Shown piece by piece: positions 15,430 through 18,913 of a DNA stretch of 18,913 nucleotides. The notes below the pieces were generated by a model. That model was given only the letters and a program-made list of their open reading frames with translations. It was not told the DNA's origin and searched no databases. The DNA is from a virus (Duplodnaviria > Heunggongvirae > Uroviricota > Caudoviricetes). The stretch covers positions 1 through 18,913 of IMG/VR virus record IMGVR_UViG_2671180298_000003. One strand, 5' to 3'. The position numbers were made by a program, and so were the translations under genes. Each line of letters starts with the position of its first letter. Positions within the stretch are counted from its first letter, which is position 1.

Positions 15430-17562
15430 TCAATCTTTAAGACTAATTGTGATTGCATCTGGAAATCCAATTTGGCTATAGCACATAGTTTCGGTTATGA
15501 ATAATTTTCTATCGATAAAATCAAGTACATCTTTTTTCGTGAGCCCCGTTAACATCGTCAATTTGTTAATTACATAATCATACCAATCATGGTGAAGCAT
15601 GTTTATATACATGTTAATATCAACTGCATCTTTCTTCCATGAGTTATTCGGTATCAAATCTTCAGATAAAAATCCTCTTATTAAATCGCTTGCATAGGAC
15701 ATCCTAAGAAAAACAGAAAGAAAAAGCCTTACATTAACATGTGTAAAATTTGTAGATAGCGTCGAAGGAAACTCGTAAAACCGGTAGATCAACCGACTTA
15801 CAAACACAGCAGAGTCTATCGCATTTACTGGCAGTAATGTTCCGATGACACTTAATGCACCACTTATAACGAAGCCATTAGCAACAGAGGCATGAGAACC
15901 GCTTAGGGCAGATGTTAAACATGCACTCAGAATTACGATAGGAGGAATTCTTGCTATTTTTCTCAAACTCCAAGTGTCCACTTTATCCTCACCTATTATT
16001 AACCATCCATGACTCCCATTGCCATCATGGTTTCCATGACAATCCATAACAAGAATATGACCTTGATATTGATTTAGAGCATCAATAAACTCAGCTTTCG
16101 ATCTAACATCAATAATCTCGCAATCAAGATCTGGCATCTGTTTTTTAAATATCTCAATTGCGTTCTCTAATATGAACTTTAAGTGATCATCAGGCTCAAA
16201 AGAACGTATAACTAAAACCTTTCTCAACTCAGATGCTTTTACTAAAACGCGCGGAAAAGCAGAGGCGCTCTGTAGAAGAACGTTACCAGGCGTAGCATTT
16301 ATTCTTGATATCTCATGACTGAACATTATAGGTATGTTATTAAACCTAATCCAATCCAATGGTACATCACAAACAAAGGACAAATCGCTATAGTTTTTAC
16401 TTATATATGTTCTCAACTTGCAACCAAGGGCTCTTCGAATAACAGTATTGAATGCTTTAGATTTAGTGATGAATGCTTCACTATTTATCCCAGAAGAAGT
16501 TGCAAGATCTTCAAGATTTTTCAAATAATTGGAGTAATGATTTATTGCATTTGGCAATCTTATTGCTGGGATTTTTTTATTTATGCTAAATAAAGTAATC
16601 GCAGCTGTTGTTAATCGCATTTCAGCGCGTCTTAGTGAGGTGAGGTAACGGAAAGCAGGACTTTTAAAAAGTTCTTTTCTATCTGAATTTATATCAAGTC
16701 TAATTCCAGAATAGCCAGGATTCCTCAACACTCCATCAATAAGGAATTTTTTCTCAATTGTGGATAAATTTTCCGTTATTAACTCATAAAAGTCATTATT
16801 TTTATCATATAAAAAAGAGTGCATACCCGGAGCAAAAAGTAAGACTTCCGTTGGAAGTGGTATATCTAATTCCTTTAAACATTCGGTGTATGCATCAACG
16901 CTATGAAGTATTATTTCTATAAACTCTCTTTTGCTACTACCATCTTTAATTCTTTTTGGTGGAGATAGCATATAGCCAAGTGATTCAATTAACAACTCAT
17001 TGGGTAGTGTTGAATTGTTAAGCGTCGATCTCCAAGGTGATTTATTAAATAAAGCCCCTCTTCGCTTCAACTTCGTTGATATTTTCTTTTCACTGTGATT
17101 TTTTCTTATTTTATCCTCAATGAATTTCAACCGAGAGAAGAGCACCTTATCAAATGAGTATATACTATTAATCTTATTAAGTGGTAGATCAGCGCGTTTA
17201 GAATTGCAACAAATTATAGGTGGTATAGCAAAATGTTTTTTTAAAGCACAAACATACGAAAAATCTTCTTTAGCACAAAAAATTAAGCAAAATGGCGTTT
17301 GATAAATATTTGGTATTTTTTCAAGATTTTCTTTAGATATTAAAAAAATAGGATTTAGCCCGCTTAGAGTAGGCTGAAAGTTATCATTTTCATTGACAAA
17401 AATCTCACTAATTTCTTTTGGTGTTTTGGCCAATAAAAAAAGAATGTTGGATATCTCTGGGTTGAGGAGGCCAGTATCGAAACCTTGGATTATGGTTTGT
17501 TCCCCAGTAGTAGGCATGATTACAACTTTAAGTATCGCCCCGTGTTCCTGTAACAGTTCCAT
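15430..17562 (-). CDS. CHAT (caspase-like) protease domain protein with ~470-aa uncharacterised N-terminal region; candidate phage-defence/abortive-infection cargo
   Basis: ATG at 17562 with AGGA SD 6 nt upstream (ORF-track TTG at 17619 adds 19 hydrophobic residues); caspase/CHAT His-Cys dyad context ILVMDCHGNHDGNGSHGWLIIGED ... IPPIVILSACLTSALSG ... GALSVIGTLLPVN; strongly AT-rich relative to flanks. Confidence 0.7.
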   Translation of the reverse strand: MELLQEHGAILKVVIMPTTGEQTIIQGFDTGLLNPEISNILFLLAKTPKEISEIFVNENDNFQPTLSGLNPIFLISKENLEKIPNIYQTPFCLIFCAKEDFSYVCALKKHFAIPPIICCNSKRADLPLNKINSIYSFDKVLFSRLKFIEDKIRKNHSEKKISTKLKRRGALFNKSPWRSTLNNSTLPNELLIESLGYMLSPPKRIKDGSSKREFIEIILHSVDAYTECLKELDIPLPTEVLLFAPGMHSFLYDKNNDFYELITENLSTIEKKFLIDGVLRNPGYSGIRLDINSDRKELFKSPAFRYLTSLRRAEMRLTTAAITLFSINKKIPAIRLPNAINHYSNYLKNLEDLATSSGINSEAFITKSKAFNTVIRRALGCKLRTYISKNYSDLSFVCDVPLDWIRFNNIPIMFSHEISRINATPGNVLLQSASAFPRVLVKASELRKVLVIRSFEPDDHLKFILENAIEIFKKQMPDLDCEIIDVRSKAEFIDALNQYQGHILVMDCHGNHDGNGSHGWLIIGEDKVDTWSLRKIARIPPIVILSACLTSALSGSHASVANGFVISGALSVIGTLLPVNAIDSAVFVSRLIYRFYEFPSTLSTNFTHVNVRLFLSVFLRMSYASDLIRGFLSEDLIPNNSWKKDAVDINMYINMLHHDWYDYVINKLTMLTGLTKKDVLDFIDRKLFITETMCYSQIGFPDAITISLKD

Positions 17563-17645
17563 CAAAAATCCTAATAAACAAATAAAAATGTTATAATCAA
17601 AAACTGCAAGGATTAGCAAGCAATTCTTACAGTTTTAAGAAGGGG

Positions 17646-17671
17646 ATTATACCGCAATATGCATAATTGCG
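17646..17671 (-). promoter_or_regulatory. Putative promoter of the CHAT gene: perfect -10 TATAAT (minus strand) abutting a 19-bp palindrome CGCAATATGCATAATTGCG
   Basis: Read from sequence; palindrome occupies the -35/spacer position; no good -35 hexamer. Confidence 0.4.
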
Positions 17672-17695
17672 TTCTGCCTATGCAAAATGTCAGTT

Positions 17696-18913
17696 CTAGT
17701 CTGAACAAGTACAAGTAACTATCGATTCAACCCTCTCCCACCACGCCTGGTAAGCTTTACGCTGTTCTTCTAAATAATCGCTCTTGTCATAAACCTGCCA
17801 TACCCCTGGCAGTTTATGACCGAGCATTATTTCTGCAATATGAGGCGCAGTAAGATCAGAAAAGTTTGTTCGTGCTGTTCGTCTCAAATCATGAAGAGAC
17901 CAATGAGGGAATTGATACCCCAAACGCCGCCATGCGTACTGCATTAAATTGTAAGGCAGCGACTGCAATGATGTCCGTCCAACGGGCTCCCTGCTTCCTT
18001 CCTTAGTAAAAAGCATATCGGAACCATTGTTCATAGAGATAACGTACTTTATAAGCTCTTCAACCGGTTCAATAATGGGGCGCTTTAGCGGTTCGCCTGT
18101 TATATCCCCTGTCTTATGTCGTTCTGGCGGTACAGTCCATACCTTATTTATGAAATCAAAATCATCCACCCTAGCAGTAATTAGCTCCGAACTACGGCAA
18201 CCAAAATGCAGTAATAGTTTAATGAAGGCCCGGTATTTGGGAACCATTCTAGAGCCATCGATCGCAGCATAAAGAATTTTAATTTCATCGTGTGTCAGAA
18301 ACCGTTTCTTCTGACCTTTACGGATATCCATATCTTTACCCGTGATATCCGACAGCGGGCGAGTTTCAATAAGCTTTCTCTTATACGCCCAGACATGGGC
18401 CTGCTTTGCGTTAATTAGCAATCGGTCTGCTATTGCTGGAGTCTTAGTGCTAAGAGGCTCCAAGACTTCTAACCAATCATGCAATGTAGCTGCATCGTGA
18501 GGGATATTCCCGATTTTAGAGAACAGGTGCAGCTCAAACGAGCGGAGTATCTGTTCAGAACCCTTTTTATTTTTTACACAATATGCTTCATACCAGGCAC
18601 GGATCACAGACTCTACCGTCATGGCTTCAGTAGCTTTTCGTTTTTCAGCCTGCTTGACCAATCGTGGATTACGGTTTGACTCGAGTTCACCACGGAGACG
18701 GATAACTTCTTCTCTGGCCTCTTTTAATCCAGTTGCCGGGTAAGTTCCGATATCAAGACGCTCACCTTTCCCTGCCCATTGATAACGATATTGGAACACT
18801 ACGCGACCTTTCGGTGATACTCTGACAGACAGACCATCACGATCGGATTTAACCAAAACCTTATCACGTTCCTTTCCAACGACTGAACGCAACCACGCAT
18901 CAGACAGCGCCAT
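17696..18913 (-). CDS. int: Tyrosine-type site-specific integrase, P4-like family
   Basis: 405 aa; N-terminal arm-binding-type domain (GLSVRVSPKGRVVFQYRYQWAGKGERLDIGTYP); C-terminal catalytic residues (HDLRRT ... Y); start codon is the last three bases of the window. Confidence 0.85.
   Translation of the reverse strand: MALSDAWLRSVVGKERDKVLVKSDRDGLSVRVSPKGRVVFQYRYQWAGKGERLDIGTYPATGLKEAREEVIRLRGELESNRNPRLVKQAEKRKATEAMTVESVIRAWYEAYCVKNKKGSEQILRSFELHLFSKIGNIPHDAATLHDWLEVLEPLSTKTPAIADRLLINAKQAHVWAYKRKLIETRPLSDITGKDMDIRKGQKKRFLTHDEIKILYAAIDGSRMVPKYRAFIKLLLHFGCRSSELITARVDDFDFINKVWTVPPERHKTGDITGEPLKRPIIEPVEELIKYVISMNNGSDMLFTKEGSREPVGRTSLQSLPYNLMQYAWRRLGYQFPHWSLHDLRRTARTNFSDLTAPHIAEIMLGHKLPGVWQVYDKSDYLEEQRKAYQAWWERVESIVTCTCSD

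Larger units (their letters stand above)
1..18913. mobile_element. Lambdoid prophage (KplE1/CPS-53-like mosaic), integrase-proximal part; continues beyond window start (head/tail genes) and att site lies beyond window end
   Basis: Contiguous phage modules: integrase, excisionase, cI/cro switch, replication, terminase small/large, gpW, portal; dense overlapping stop/start codons. Confidence 0.85.

Noticed and set aside
15430-17619. Antisense ORFs inside the CHAT gene (16315..16593+, 17120..17302+, 17393..17596+) and the 19-codon N-terminal extension from TTG 17619
   Set aside because: Short, AT-rich-driven open frames without RBS; the TTG extension lacks an SD, whereas ATG 17562 has AGGA at proper spacing. 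The extension is hydrophobic, so a membrane-anchored isoform cannot be excluded.
1-18913. Integration attachment sites as direct repeats flanking the element
   Set aside because: Both prophage ends lie outside the window (portal truncated at position 1, integrase start at the last base), so no att call is possible from this sequence.

Overview
The whole window is the integrase-proximal part of a lambdoid prophage resembling E. coli KplE1/CPS-53. Coordinates of non-coding elements were counted by hand and are approximate (+/-3 nt). Layout, high to low coordinates: a P4-type tyrosine integrase (minus, start at the window edge), an AT-rich single-gene cargo islet encoding a ~710-aa protein with a caspase-like CHAT protease domain (minus), a TorI/AlpA-like excisionase ending a plus-strand early operon (yfdP/Q/R/S/T-like genes, including an HD-domain 5'-deoxynucleotidase), a cI (HTH + S24 peptidase) / cro immunity switch with TTGC-N7-GCAA operator-like sites on both sides of cI, then a tightly coupled minus-strand operon: CII-like regulator, Rha, a small ORF, an O-like replication initiator with internal iteron repeats, PerC-like regulator, Dam-family N6-adenine methyltransferase, a LexA DNA-binding-domain-only protein, RusA resolvase, KilA-N protein, DUF968 protein, terminase small and large subunits, gpW and a partial portal. 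No rRNA, tRNA or CRISPR array was found. The best candidate for an undescribed system is the CHAT-domain gene in the low-GC islet between excisionase and integrase. Other points worth a second look are the protease-less LexA paralogue, a near-consensus SOS box inside cI, an in-frame nested Rha gene and a structured ~600-nt leader in front of the early operon. All protein-family calls are from motif recognition by eye, not database searches.
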